From Caecitellus pseudoparvulus (Eukaryota; Protista; Bigyra: Bicosoecida): 64,000 nt of DNA. The stretch is taken from assembly GCA_965644315.1 (NCBI GenBank), contig CBFFRQ010000068.1, positions 1,364,001 to 1,428,000 on the forward strand, read 5' to 3'. The stretch's first letter is position 1. Every line of letters starts with the position of its first letter. Below are positions 35,274 to 48,500 of this stretch, piece by piece. The notes under the pieces were generated by a model. The model searched no databases. It was not told where the DNA came from and was given only the letters and a program-made list of their open reading frames with translations. The position numbers and the translations under genes are program-made.

Positions 35274-37167
35274 CTATGAATGAGCTGAATGGCACAAGCG
35301 AGAGACCTGGTCGCCTCGAACAGGGGGGGCCCCAGCGGCGACGCCAGGCACGGCAGCGTTGCCTCTATCGTAGTTCAGCACGATGTGCTGCACAGCTGCT
35401 TCAGTGGTGTCAAACACACACAAATCCCTTCTCTCTGCTATGTCGCGCAGGTAAGTGCGCCCGCGGTTGAGGTCCTTCCACTCACTGGCCGTCAGACCCT
35501 GCAAGTCAGGCGGGCTCCCAGACGACACCTTCCGGTGGCCGGGGAGGGGCGGCAAGGATGCTGCGGGGATCTCCGCTGGCTCTTCTTGAAGGCCATGACC
35601 TACCGCTGAAGCAGGAATTTGGCTCACAACCAGCACAACCGAGCACTTTCCTCTGGTGATGTGCTCAGCAGCTTCGACCATGGATGCAATGCTGCGCGTG
35701 CGATCGGAGATGACAAACAGGAGTGTGCCTGCTTCGGCCTTCTTCTGAGCTTCCACATCTACGAGCTCAGCAGACCACTCTTCAACCTGAGGGTTGAAAA
35801 ACGGAATGCCTGCTTCGACGAGGGCTGGGATGGCGATGTCCTTCCGCCACGTGGTTGGACCGCAAGCCCCGCCCAAGAAGACCAACCCATGCGGCCTCTG
35901 GCCTCCTCCCACGCTCACATCCGAGGATGTGTGCTCTGGAGATGGCCCCCCCCTTGTCACGAGCGCCACCTCGTGCGTCGCACGCGCTGAGCCTGCCGTC
36001 GCCGGCACTGCGGCTCCCGCTCGGCTTTGCCGTGCCTTCGCAGGGATGGCGGGCGGGCTGTGTAAGCCAACCGGGCTGCCCTCTGCAGCAGCTGATGCGA
36101 AAGAAAAATGGGGTGGACTCCTTGCCCCAAAAATTCTTTGCACTGGCGAAGTCAGCTGTGAAGCAACCGCCGGCCTGCTCGTCAGGTCCCACTGGGGTTG
36201 GAACTTGCTGAATGCCTGCAAGCGCACGAGAATGCACACGATACTTGCAAAACCCTTTGGGGACAGAGACCCATGCTTGTCCGTGACGGCCTCAGTAGCC
36301 TGCCCAAGCGGGCTCACCACATCCCGCTCCTCCACCTCAGCAAACGCAACGAGCTGCTTGCTCAAGTGTGCGCTAGCAATGCAAGTGCCCTCCAGCAGCT
36401 GCAGGAAGCCGTTGATTGACGTGTTGCCAAAGAAAATCCTCAGCCAGCGCTTGCGCTCCTCGATGACCTTCTCGCGCAGCGCGAACAATCCTCCGTCGAC
36501 CAAAGCCTTGGCCCACCTCGGCCGCCACTGAAGGCCAAGCAGGGCCAGGCCGTACGGAAGCTGTGTCCCCATGTGCATGTACTCAGTGGGCTCCCCTTCT
36601 TCAGCGGACAAAGCCACAGTTGTGGCGAAGGCTGCCTCCACTCGTGGCTTTGTCATAGGAAGCGTCGGGTGGGGAAGGCTCGTCGCTTTGGGAATGGGTA
36701 CCCCGCCCAAGGCTGCCCCCTGCAACTCTGGCGGCAGCTCTGCCTTGTGCCCCAGGAGGACCCAAGCTTGTTTGGGATGCAGGCCAGGTACAAAGAATTC
36801 CTGCGCAAAGCAGGACACCGGAGCACAGTGCGATGGGATCTGCCACACCTCCTAAGCGTTTCATCCGCACCGGCGAAGCTTTCAAGTGCGTATTGAACGC
36901 CTCAAAGCAGCCCCTAGCACCCATTAAGGCGGCCAGCATGTGTGTCATCCAGTAAGGAGCAGGTTTTTGTCCATCTGTTGCCCGAACTACTTGGCTCTGC
37001 ACCACAAGACAAGCGCACCTTGCGGCCTGGCGCGGCGCTGGGGGACGCAGAGATCGGGAACTCACAAGGGAAACCTGAAGACTCTCGGAGTCATCAAGTA
37101 AGAACAATTTCTGCCACTCTTCGGCAACGTCCCAAGTCATTGGTGCGCTTTCCTCGAGCCTCGCCAT
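35274..37167 (-). CDS. Raw-like protein with a C-terminal nucleoside 2-deoxyribosyltransferase-like (Nuc_deoxyri_tr2-type) domain; introns 36997-37065 and 36801-36870
   Basis: VFLGGACGPTTWRKDIAIPAL...FFNPQVEEWSAELVDVEAQKK...LLFVISDRTRSIASMVEAA...DLNRGRTYLRD matches the Drosophila Raw/NDT-like pattern. GT-AG introns join upstream exons in frame; the true start may lie further upstream. Confidence 0.8.
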
Positions 37168-37472
37168 TCTAGACGCGGACCTGCAACGCGAAGAGGTCGC
37201 AGTGCGACACCCGCAATGGCAAACAGCACAACTGCCGGTAGGTCCACTGCCGCTCAATCCGGCAGTGGAGTGCGAGCAGCGGCAGCGACTTGATGAAATC
37301 AGATACGGGTGCGTCTGTTCGGGTTGTTCATCCTGTTTGGATTGTGGCTGAGCGCTGACATGCACGAGGCGCTCGACACTTGCTGATGGCATCTGCTGCC
37401 CTGGAACGGCAAGGAGCAAGCAAGCCACCTGCGGGCAAAGCACCCTTAAGCTTGTTGTCTGAGCCATGAGAA

Positions 37473-37961
37473 CTATTTCTGTAGGCAGAAGCGCCTGTGC
37501 ACAATGCGCTTGCGGCCGGCACCGATGTGCCCTTGCTTGAAGCTCATTCCTAGTGATGGCTGACGCAGGCCCTGGGCTGTGCCTGACGTGGTTGGACTTC
37601 GGGCTTGTGCACTGCGCTTGGATGCTGCCGCTCTGGTTGGATCAGCTTGCGCATGCGTGCTTGAGGCACTACCTTGGCTGCTGTCCACCACGGCAGCAGC
37701 TCGCCACAATGCTCGCTTTCCTGCTGCATGTGGCAGTCGCCTTGGGCGGGCAGTAACTTCATCTGGAAAAGACAGGTCTCCATACGAAATCCACACGGGC
37801 TTCGATGTCTGGCTCGCCTGATTCCACCCGGGCCACGCCACCTCCACCTCCATGACGCCACGACTTGAACTCCAGCGGGCGGCCTGAGCAACTCCTGGCC
37901 ATGACCGCGAGCCAACTACAGCCTCCACAGGGCGGCCGGCGACGTATGCACTTATGTCCAT
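37473..37961 (-). CDS. Tudor/chromo-barrel (PWWP-like) domain ORF; may be the first exon of a longer gene
   Basis: YVAGRPVEAVVGSRSWPGV...MEVEVAWPGWN...PVWISYGDL resembles a Tudor-fold barrel. Confidence 0.5.
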   Translation of the reverse strand: MDISAYVAGRPVEAVVGSRSWPGVAQAARWSSSRGVMEVEVAWPGWNQASQTSKPVWISYGDLSFPDEVTARPRRLPHAAGKRALWRAAAVVDSSQGSASSTHAQADPTRAAASKRSAQARSPTTSGTAQGLRQPSLGMSFKQGHIGAGRKRIVHRRFCLQK

Positions 37962-38677
37962 GGAATTGGTTATTTCCTAAGGCGTTCTCTTGGCAGGGAC
38001 GCAGATACCGATTGTCGGTGGCGTTTCGCGACTGCGAAACGCCAGGGTCAATGGCCACCCTGCTGCGTGCTACTGAGTCACCCACGAAGAGAATAGACTA
38101 TGGCGCTGAAAGGATTGCGAAGCTACTTGTGTGGCAGATGCCAGCATTCCCAGTATGTTGGCGTGCACCGACAACAGCACTCTAGGTGGAGCGAAAGGAA
38201 GGTTGAAACGGAGGTGGGAAGCCCCACATCAAGCAAAGCAAGGCAGCCTTGAGGGTGGAAACCCTTCAATGCATTGTTGCACGGGTGTTTATGTTCGGTC
38301 TACCTTCGCCACTGCACAGGTAGGTTGACAAGCCCCCCCTCTCGAATGCTCAGCAGCGCGAGACAATCGGGCACCTCAACAGCAACCGAGGGCATGCAGC
38401 ACTGAGTCAAGAAGTGTGCACGCAATCCAGTCAAAATCTTCGTCTGAAGAGCAAAGTGGTGTGCCTCATCAGCCTGCATTGAGTGCAAAGCGCTGCAAGA
38501 CGGTGCTGCCGTGCGGCAACGCACCTCGCCTGATCTGCTGCTGCTGCCGACTGGTGCTGGAGGCATGGCTTCAAGTCCAAGAGATCCCCCAGCTGGGGCA
38601 CGAGACGAAGGTGTCCGTAAAGTTCAAGAGATGGGTGGGATCCCGGCTCTTTGGCGAGAGGTTCGTGCCATGCTTTC

Positions 38678-41410
38678 ATGCTGAGGAAGGTGCTGCAGCA
38701 CCACCGACAGTTCGCTGAAACGCAGGTGCGCAAAGCAGACTGGCAGCTGATGGAGATGGTCAGCGAGCTCAAAGAGCGAGTCCAGACGGTCGAAACGAAT
38801 ATCGAAGATGATTCTTCCACTGCCTCGCCGAGCAGCGGAAGGGTTCCGCGTTCCCATGCTGTGCAGGATTGCCTTGCTGGAGCCTTGAGGTTATTTGAGG
38901 AGCACCTGGAGCAAGTGCAGAAGAGGGCAGCGACATGGCCGGCCAAGGATGTCACACATGATCAATCCCCTGCATCTGGTGAAGGGTTGCTGGGAGCTAC
39001 CTGCCAGGCTGCACGAACGGCACGATTTGAGGCGGAGGCGGCGGCACAAGGCATGTCCTCCCCTCAGCGTGCTCAAATGACTGTCGCACACGCGGCGATG
39101 CAAGGCAAGCTTCAGATCTACATCCCGTCCATGGTGCTATCCAGTGGTGCTGATTCGGCTGACAATGCGCAGTTGACGTCTGTCGTTCAGCACTTGCAGG
39201 AGACTGTGGCCGGCATGCTTCGTAGCCTCGATGCGGCCGAGCAGCGGGTGCTGCAAGTGGAGACAGGCGGTCTTCTGCGCTGCCGTCAGCGCACGGAGGC
39301 TCTTGAGTCCGAACTTGTGCGCTCAGAAAGGGCTGCTGAGAATGTGCACAGAGAGATGACGAGGCAGCGCCAAGCAATGCGTGTACTGCAGGAGAAAGTT
39401 GGCAAGCTCAGAGGCGAAGCACAGCGAAGCCGCGAAGAAGCGATCGCCTTGAAGCAACTCGTAGCACAGGCAGAGATTTCCCGTGCACGCCATGAAGAGG
39501 AAGCTGGCATGCAGCGGCAACAAGTGCTGCATGCTCAACAGACCTGTGCAGAGGTTGAGGATGCCTTGACTCAGACTGCGCAGGCAGTCGCGCGGCAGCA
39601 CGCGCTGATCAAGTCTCTCCAAGCAGAAAATCTAGCTTTGCTTGGAGACTCACTGCAGCAAGTCGATGGAGAGCGTGAGGCCAGTGGCAAATTTGCCGAG
39701 GACGAGCAGGCACCCGGCAGCGCCCAGTCCAGCCCGAGGCCAGCGAAGGTGGCCAGAACTTCACCTCAACACAAATCGGCGGCATGCGAATAATATGCAG
39801 GAGAGCATCGTGGAACAATCAAACTTGCTCGCGAATGCACTTTCATGCGGACCTGAACACCCCTCCTGCGCCTCGCTCCCGACCTCACTCGGGATTCGAC
39901 GCCAGGCGATCGGTCGCAGCGACCGCTTTCCCGACCCACTCTGGCGTTCCCACCCTGTGGCCGACCAAAGCCTGAGACAACCCCAGGTGCGTTAGCGTAA
40001 AGGAAGACTGTACTTAGATCTATGCAGAGCACAGGTGGCCTTGCCAGTCTGCCTTCAAGCCGGCAACACAAGCTTGTGCGGGAGGGGGCGCTGGCGCGAA
40101 TCTCTGCTTGGGTGGGTCAGATACGGAGACACTCTGAAGCAAGGGCGATGACCAGGACTCTGCACAACGTGAACTCAGAGCGTCGCTCTTCCCTCCAGTA
40201 TTCTCCCATGGCCGGTGGACCGGGGGGCGCAGCTGTACACGAGAGGAGCGGGCCAGGTACCCCAGCTCAGCTTTACAGTGAAGCTTGTGAGGGAGACATT
40301 TCCCCCGAGCACTTGCTGGGGCTATTGTCTGACACAGACCGTCGTATGCGTGCAGGCTTGCCTGTTCCACTGCTGTCCCCAGCTGAAGAGGCTGCCTTAG
40401 GCAAAGCGCCCTCTTTGCCAGCTGCAGCCAGGACGCGTACGCAGCGGCATACTCGCAGCGGCCAGAGGCAGAATCGCAGAAAATCAAGCAAGGCGCCCGG
40501 CTTCACTGGGTTCAGCCGCCCTCAAACACCTTCAAATCCTGCGCACGGCCGCTTGCACCGCGCACTGCTGCCCACTCCGACATCTTCCCTTACCGCACAC
40601 GGGGCCATGAACAACCTGGCAGCGATCAGGATGGCATCTGAGCGAGAGTCCAGCATCCGCTCGCAGCGTGACCGTTCACGTACTGCCCGCAGCAGGTCTC
40701 CAACCCCCCCCGCAGTTCCCGCAGTGCAAACGGATCCTTGCCAAGCTCGCTTGGCCAGTGAGGGTGCAGTAGGGGGATGTAGTCATGAGTCGGACGTCCC
40801 GAACACTGAGCTCCACAGCCTGTACCCGGCCTCCCTTCCAAGTTCCTCTTCGCCGTGTGCCACGCCTGCCCCCAAGCAGACCAAGAGGCAGAGACGGCGG
40901 GAGGCCAGGCGGCGCCGGGCTGCCCAGAGAGCTGCTCACGTCGCCGCGATGGCACAGCCAGTCAGACACAAGTGTGTGGAAAAGACCCTCTCTCGCCATG
41001 AGCGCCTGAAGGTGGAGTTGAAACAGATTCAGGCAGTTCGCGACGCTGCCTTGGCTGGACGCCGCGTCTCATTGCCCCCGCCGTCCTCCCGAACTCAAGC
41101 CGACACGCACTCCATTGGCCTGGGAGCCGCTTCCCAAGTAGATAATCGCCTCGTTGCAAAAATTGCGGCTGCACGAGCTGCAGCAGCTCGTGCAATTGAC
41201 CTTGCAAGCGCAACTCGAGCCGGTCACATCCCAGGGGTAGGCATTTCCTCTCCGTATGCTTTGCCTGTGATCCCCCCCGCAATGGGGTGGAATACCAGCG
41301 CAGTGGCACGTCCTATTTCGTCCCCGCCACGCCCCCGGAGTGCTGCTGTCCGACGGCCTGCCTCAGCTGGGCAGGCTGCTGTCTCAAGCGATACCGCCAG
41401 CGTATGGTGA
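38678..41410 (+). CDS. Coiled-coil plus low-complexity protein; probably one gene joining ORFs 38651..39793 and 40022..41410 through introns 39749-39800 and 39987-40027; 5' end unresolved
   Basis: Heptad-rich E/Q/R region 39180-39660. Phase-0 GT..AG pairs link the ORFs; two separate genes remain possible. Confidence 0.5.
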
Positions 41411-41431
41411 GTCCCTGCACAGATGATGCAT

Positions 41432-42008
41432 TCAGATTTCTTCCTCAGCACCACCACCAGCGGCACCCGGTGTCGCTTCCGAGAACTGGGCCACAAGCTC
41501 CTGTGCTGCAGCCAGCCCACTTGCACTTGCAAGAGCGTCGGCGTTGGAGTCCTATGTGCAGAAACGAGGATGAGGTGCAGAAGTGAAACACGTTACGCTT
41601 CGCGATGAAACCTTACAATGTACGTTTCCAGATCTGCAAGCGCCCTCTTGAAGCGTTTCAGTGTGTCTGGAATCATCATCTCAGTCTCTGCGAGAACCTC
41701 ATTCTGAAACAGGCAGCAGAGCACGTGCACCAGACGTGACGCCCTGTACTTGAGCCCCCACGCACTTGCTTCTTGATGTCGTACTCGTCCATCCCAGAGG
41801 CAATCATTGTCTCCACCTTTTTCTTTTGCTCGCTTGCTTCGGCTTTGTATGCTTCATATTCCTTGTTCAGCCTGCAGCGCGGCAAGATGCGGCAGGTGTG
41901 GTGAGTGCCGTTGCACTGGCGTTTCATGCTGTCTCACCGACGAACGGAGCCCGACTTGATTCGGAGCTGCTTCTCCTCGCGAGTCTCCCCAGATGCTTTA
42001 GATGCCAT
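41432..42008 (-). CDS. TBCA: Tubulin-folding cofactor A; introns 41872-41937, 41704-41765, 41552-41616
   Basis: Spliced KQLRIKSGSVRR|LNKEYEAYKAE...DEYDIKKQ|NEVLAETEMMIPDTLKRF is the TBCA consensus. Confidence 0.9.
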
Positions 42009-42374
42009 TGTGCTTGCTTGCAGGAGGGGGCTTTTTTGGGTACAAGTATGTGCCCTGCGTAAGTGACGTCGCAACAGGCGTGTTGGTGCTGGGCAACGCT
42101 CTCGTTCAGAGCTGCACAAGGCTAGCGAGGAGGACGTTGTAAGGAATGTAACTCCTTCCTCCCTCTGCAACATTGGTGGCACGCGACTTGCTTCGGGGAC
42201 GTGCAGAGCCAGGTCAGTGTGGGAAGGAGGGGAGCTCCACCCCCCCCCCCCCTCAAGTAGCCCTGGGGAGCTGCCTCTCCACATCCTCAGTCAAAATCAT
42301 CGCGAGGGAACCCGATACAGGCTGAACAGCACGAAGCCACCGTCCCACTCATCCTTCAAAGATTCTTTTGCAGC

Positions 42375-43188
<814 letters not shown>

Positions 43189-43718
43189 TCGGACACGGGG
43201 GTAAACTCGAGCTGTACAGACTTGTTGCGCTCTACCGGGCTTTGCCCCCCTGCGGTTCTGCCAGCACCACACGCGCCCTGGGCGTTCACGGTGCTGCACG
43301 CTGCACTCGCCGAGCAACAACTGTGCCCAGTTTTTGGGGCCGAAGCAAATTCATGCTTAGTTCCACTTTGTGCGATGATCTTGTCTGCGATACTGTCCAT
43401 CTCTTCCCAGCATGTGGCCGGCAGCTGCTGCTGCGTTTCCAGTCTGGCTGCTTCAGTTGGCTGGGACTCTGCAAGCTGCCGATAGCCGCACGTCCATCTT
43501 CGTAACCTGGGGAGGGGCATTCTTCCGGTGCGAAGTGCAGCATCTTTGCTGCCTGCTGCGCGGGGAACTCAACGGAAGGGACCACAGAGAGTGAGCACCT
43601 GCAGCTGCTGCAGCGTCGAAACGCCCACGGCGGCCTGCCATCGCTCAGATCGACAGCGACACTGCTTCAAGGAGGTTCAGATAAACTTTTCGATCATGCA
43701 TTCAACGTTCATTCAATG

Positions 43719-45265
43719 TCAAGTGTACGAGACAGAGGAATGCCCTGCCCCTGCAGTCAACGGCTGCGCGGCGCCGTACGGGTTGCCCATGGTGTCTTGG
43801 TGGGGGTCCGGGGATCCCCACACAGCCGCAACCACCTCTTCAGTGCTGTCAAAGGCAGCAGCTGTGAATGTGAAGATTGCCAGCGAGACGAAACCCAGCC
43901 CAATCCCGGCTCCCCACACAGCCACGCTGGTTAGGAAGCTTGCCGCTAGCGCATCCAGCCCCTCCCCTTCTGGATCAAAAATACAGTTCGGGGACGGGGC
44001 ATAGTACTGGGCTACGGAGACCAAGCTTGCTGTTTCATGAGCTGCCTGCACGGCGCATTCCGCGGGGACAGCCCCAACACTTGTGAACGGGGTCTGCTCG
44101 GTGCAGTTTGAGCCGGGCAGGTATTGGCTGTACACTTTCTCGGAAATGTCTTTGCAAGAGAGGAAGCTCTCCCCCAAAGCCGCAGCTTGAAAGCCATAGT
44201 ACACATTCACTGCAAGCAGTGCAAGGGTGATCGCCAGCGTGGTGCCCGTGACGAACCGGGTCCAATTGAAGCACCGAGTGTGCTGCTCCGTGGTGACGCG
44301 GCCTTCGGCGGAGGTGCTCACAGTGACCTCTGTGGGCTTGCGCGCACAGCAGAGACACCCGACAGACTGCAGTGTAAAGAATGCGCTGATCAAGACTAGT
44401 ACGCCTGTCCATGCTCCGATGTACACGACTCCTGAGCGGGGCACCCAAGGTGCCAGGCTCGACGACGGCGTCACATTGTCAGCGTTGGCACTCGCCCAAG
44501 GGTGCCTGCTCTGCATCATGCCTCCCACCCGCGCACCCAAGGTATCAGCTGCGGGTGCACACAGTGTCTGGGCAAGGGCGCGGCCCTCCTTGAAGGTGTT
44601 CAGAGTGAGCACGTTGGTGCCGCCAGCGCACTGTTCCATGAGGAACCCCAGCACGTCCTTGTCGTTCACGTACGAATGGCCCAAGTCAGTGCCTGCACAG
44701 GGCAAAAGGCAGGTATGGTGCTGGCAAGTGTCAGAGGAAGCACGGGCCCCAGTGCCGAGCGGCGCTGGTGAATCGAGGACTCACTGGTTCGGTTGAAGTC
44801 TTTCACAGTGTCGTTGCGAAACACGGCTGATGCCAGGGATGCGCAGCCCAGCAGCGCACTCAGCTTGCATGCAGAGCGGGCAACGGTTCCTGCCGCCTCG
44901 CCTACTGGGAAGTGCAACGTGCCGTCCACATCCTTGCTGCTCAGCCCTGCGCATGGTGTGAGCGAGGCGGCCTGTGCCAGCGCGGACCAAGCGCGGGCAA
45001 TGAGGAACACCAACCTCCATACAGTGCCAAGCGAACATCCAGATTCATGGAGCTGTAAGCCCCAAAGATGAGCATGATGCAGCTTGCCTGTGCGCATCGT
45101 GAGCCACGGATTCGAGCGGGTGAGCACCACCGAGAGGTTTCCAGGAAAGGCGCAGCCAGCCCGCCAGGGCAAGGCTCAAAGACCCACCAGACTCATAAGG
45201 ACAGCCAGGGCAAGAAAAATTATGCCAAAGCATCGCCCACAGGCGGTCACTTTGCCGTTGCACAT
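43719..45265 (-). CDS. Four-TM membrane glycoprotein with Cys-rich loops (claudin/SUR7-like topology); about 4 exons
   Basis: MCNGKVTACGRCFGIIFLALAVLMSL|ASCIMLIFGAY (TM1), loop with N-glycosylation sequons NDT/NRT/NVT, then three further hydrophobic helices. GT-AG joins keep frame. Confidence 0.65.
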
Positions 45266-45534
45266 GACGGGGTCGTTGAGAGGGTGGCAAGACTCTCACA
45301 GCGGAGGTGTGGTGTTGGGGCCACAAGGCGTGAGCAGGACGTGTGTCAAGCTTCAGGCTGATAGCGCTCGAGAAGTCAGGGTGGGGAATAGGTTTGGACG
45401 TTGTCGTTTTGGGCATGAGCTGGTTATGTGATCAAATGCATTCCTACCACTGATGACCCCCCCTCCCTTCCAGCCAATCTCACCGCCAACGCCCACAACC
45501 CGGCCGTGCGAGGGAGAAGTCTGGCAAGGCCCGC

Positions 45535-48500
45535 CTACATGATCCCCTGGCCTCCGATCGTCTTCCGAGCAGCTGTCATGGCCTTCCTTAGCTTCTTTCC
45601 CTTCCCAAGGCGCTTTTTCATGGCCTGCCTGCTGAACTGCCACGCTTCTGGGTGGCGGGGCACTGCAGGGTGGACGATGCCCATTTCACGGCATCGCATT
45701 CGTACCAAGTGAGCGAAGCGCTCTGGGCAAGTCATCCCCTGATCGCTCATGTGCTGGAGTACGTCGATTGCATCCCGGATGCGGTACTCGCGGGCGTAGC
45801 CATGGACCAGCGTACCCAGAATCTGCTCGCTTGGCCTCAACCCATGGTCTTCCATGAGCGCCACAAGCTGCTCGGCGACATCAATGCGCTTCGCCTTCTC
45901 GTGCATCGCTACCAGCCATCGAAACGTACGCTCGTCTGGCTTTTCACCAGCGGCGCGAAACTCTCTGTCAATGAACGCGTATGCCTCCTTCGGTCTGCCA
46001 GCTCGAGCAAACATCTGCACCATGGTGTTCAGCGTGACAATATCAGGCTGCACCTCTGCCTTGGCCATTTCGCCACCAAAAACCCCCTTCGCCTCCCGCA
46101 GCATGACTTCTCGCGCCTCATTCACATTAGTGGGGAGAGGCTTGGACAGCCACTGCACACCGGCCATGACTTCGTCTGAAAAAGCTTTCAGCGCCATGAC
46201 GCGGTGCTCTTCCACACTGCCTGGTGTTGCCAAGTCCTGCAATTCGCCCTGACTGTCAAGCCTTGCCTCGCCAACTCTCTGGAGGACTTCTGCAGGGGCG
46301 GCCTCGTCTCCGCCGAGGGGAGTCACTGGCAAGGCATGTTGCTGGCGTCCATCTTCCCGCACTGCAGAGTCGGCAACGTCCAGCTTCTGCATCGCCAGCA
46401 GCACATCCAAGCCCCCCATCCTCCCACTTGACGCAGCCCTAGCAGCTCGGTCATGTGGTGAGTCTGTGGCATCCACAAGCAGCCGCTCAAGGGTCCCCAA
46501 GCCAGCTGCATGCTCGTCGACTCCCTGGCGCAATTTGCTGTGCAAGCGGCGCACTCGTCGAATAGGAGCTTCGGCCCGCCGCCGCTCCTGGGCGATGCCT
46601 TGGAGCTCTTCTGGGCTGTACTGGCTCGCATCGATGCCTGGGACCTTGTACACTTTCTTTCCGAGGCGGAGTGTTGCCTCGTCGTCCGTCTCGACCAGCT
46701 CTGCTACCAAAGTGTCGTCCTGACGGGTTGCGTTACCCAGCAGTCCCTCGGCTTCCTCCTCGGCCTCCTGAAGAGCTTGGCTGATTGACTGCTTTTGGGC
46801 GTCCTGTTCAGACAAAAATCCATCATCCTCAAGTCCCACGAGCGACGCAAGCTCCGCGGGGGTCACCCCAGGCATGTGCGCGAGTGCTCGAATGCGATCT
46901 TCCTCAGCGCCAGCTGAAGCAGAGGCAAGCAAGGCACGCTGCTGGGCAGCAGCGGCCGCTTCCTGCATGCTTGCAGAGTCTGGGGCAAGCCCTGCATCGG
47001 GTGCATCTGGGGTTGGCAACGCCAAGCCGGTGTCCAACACCTCAGCAGCTGAGGGCTGCTGAGGAAGCTGAGTGCCAGCAGGGGGGGGCACTCGTGCTGA
47101 GGGGTCACGTGTCACGACCTGCAGCCACTCTATGTGCTCTTGCACAATTTCAGATGGGGTGTCTTCCGTGCGATTGTCTGTCTTGGGGTTCGGTGCCGCA
47201 GCCGACGAAGAAAGCGAAAGTTCTAGTCGACCAAAGTGAATGTCTACCCCCGCGTTGGGTGAGCCACCCGCAAGTGCATCCCCCTGGCCTTCTCCAACTG
47301 ACAGGGCACCCGCTGCCTCAGCTTGCAGGGTGTCAAGCTGAGAAAACCCGGTTGGTTCCGTCCCCGCCACGTTGCTCATGCGGGCTGCAGCCAGCCGAGC
47401 TGGCGAGCTCGCTTGAACGGCAGCTGCCACTTTGGCGTCGGGCAACGCTGCATAGGCGTCCGGGGTGTCTTCAGGTGCCTCCCGCGTCAATGATGCAGGG
47501 CGAGGAAGATAGTCCCAACCAGTGATTGCCCAGCCTGCCCTGCGGCGGCGAATGAGCCCTGGAGGCGTGCGTGCCTTCCCCGATGCCACGGGCTCCCAAA
47601 TGACTCCTTTGGAGTCCACAGTCTGCGTTGGATCGTAGCCTACGTATGGCAGGCCCGCTGGCCGCCCGTCTAGCCCAGGGGCCATTCCTGGCACTGAGCG
47701 CAGGTCCCTTGCGTCTTCTGAGAAGACAACACTCGCACCAGCTGAAGTCGCTCCCTCCCACACTGCCACCATGGGTTGAACCAACTCAGGGGCTACAGCC
47801 CGGTTCGCAATCGGGCCACCCAGAACGCCCTCTGTCTGCTCAGGATGCATGGTATGCCCGAGGTCCTCCTCACAGCTTGAACTGGCAGCGGTGCCATCCT
47901 CTGACTTGAAGCGGGCGGCTCGCCACTTGCGTGCACGCTGCGCAAGCGCGTCTGTCTCCATGCCGTCTTCTTCACCTGCCATCCGGGCCGAGGGGTTGCT
48001 TTCTCCATCGCTGGGTATGCTACCTGAGAAGTGTGATACACGCTGAGACAGTGCGGGTACAGTGACAGCGCTGTGGAAGTGCTCAAGGTCTGAAGGTGCT
48101 TCTTCACTGGCACAGCTATCTGAGAGAAAGCCGCCTGACGTGAGCCGGCTTCGTCGTGTGGGGGGCAGCGACAAGACCAGCTCTCCTGCAGGGGCGAGCT
48201 CCCTGAAGTCGTCTAAAGCTGTGCTTTGACCTGTACGGGCAAGCTTTGGTGCCAATCTGGGTGACGCGGCGACGTCCTCCGGCACGCCACGCTGTGGCGG
48301 CTGCGAGTTCAAGAGAGGCGTTGAAGTCTGCCCTCCACCACCGAGGGCACCAGCGAGCAGGGCCAAGGCTCCTGGGCGCCGTGCCACAGTCTGAATCGGA
48401 CGTGGCCCGGGCCCAGAAGCTGAATGGCGCTCCACCTGAAGCGCTTCGCCGTCGGCCCACTGAAGCCGGGCAGAGAGTGACGGCCGATCGGAGCCAACGC

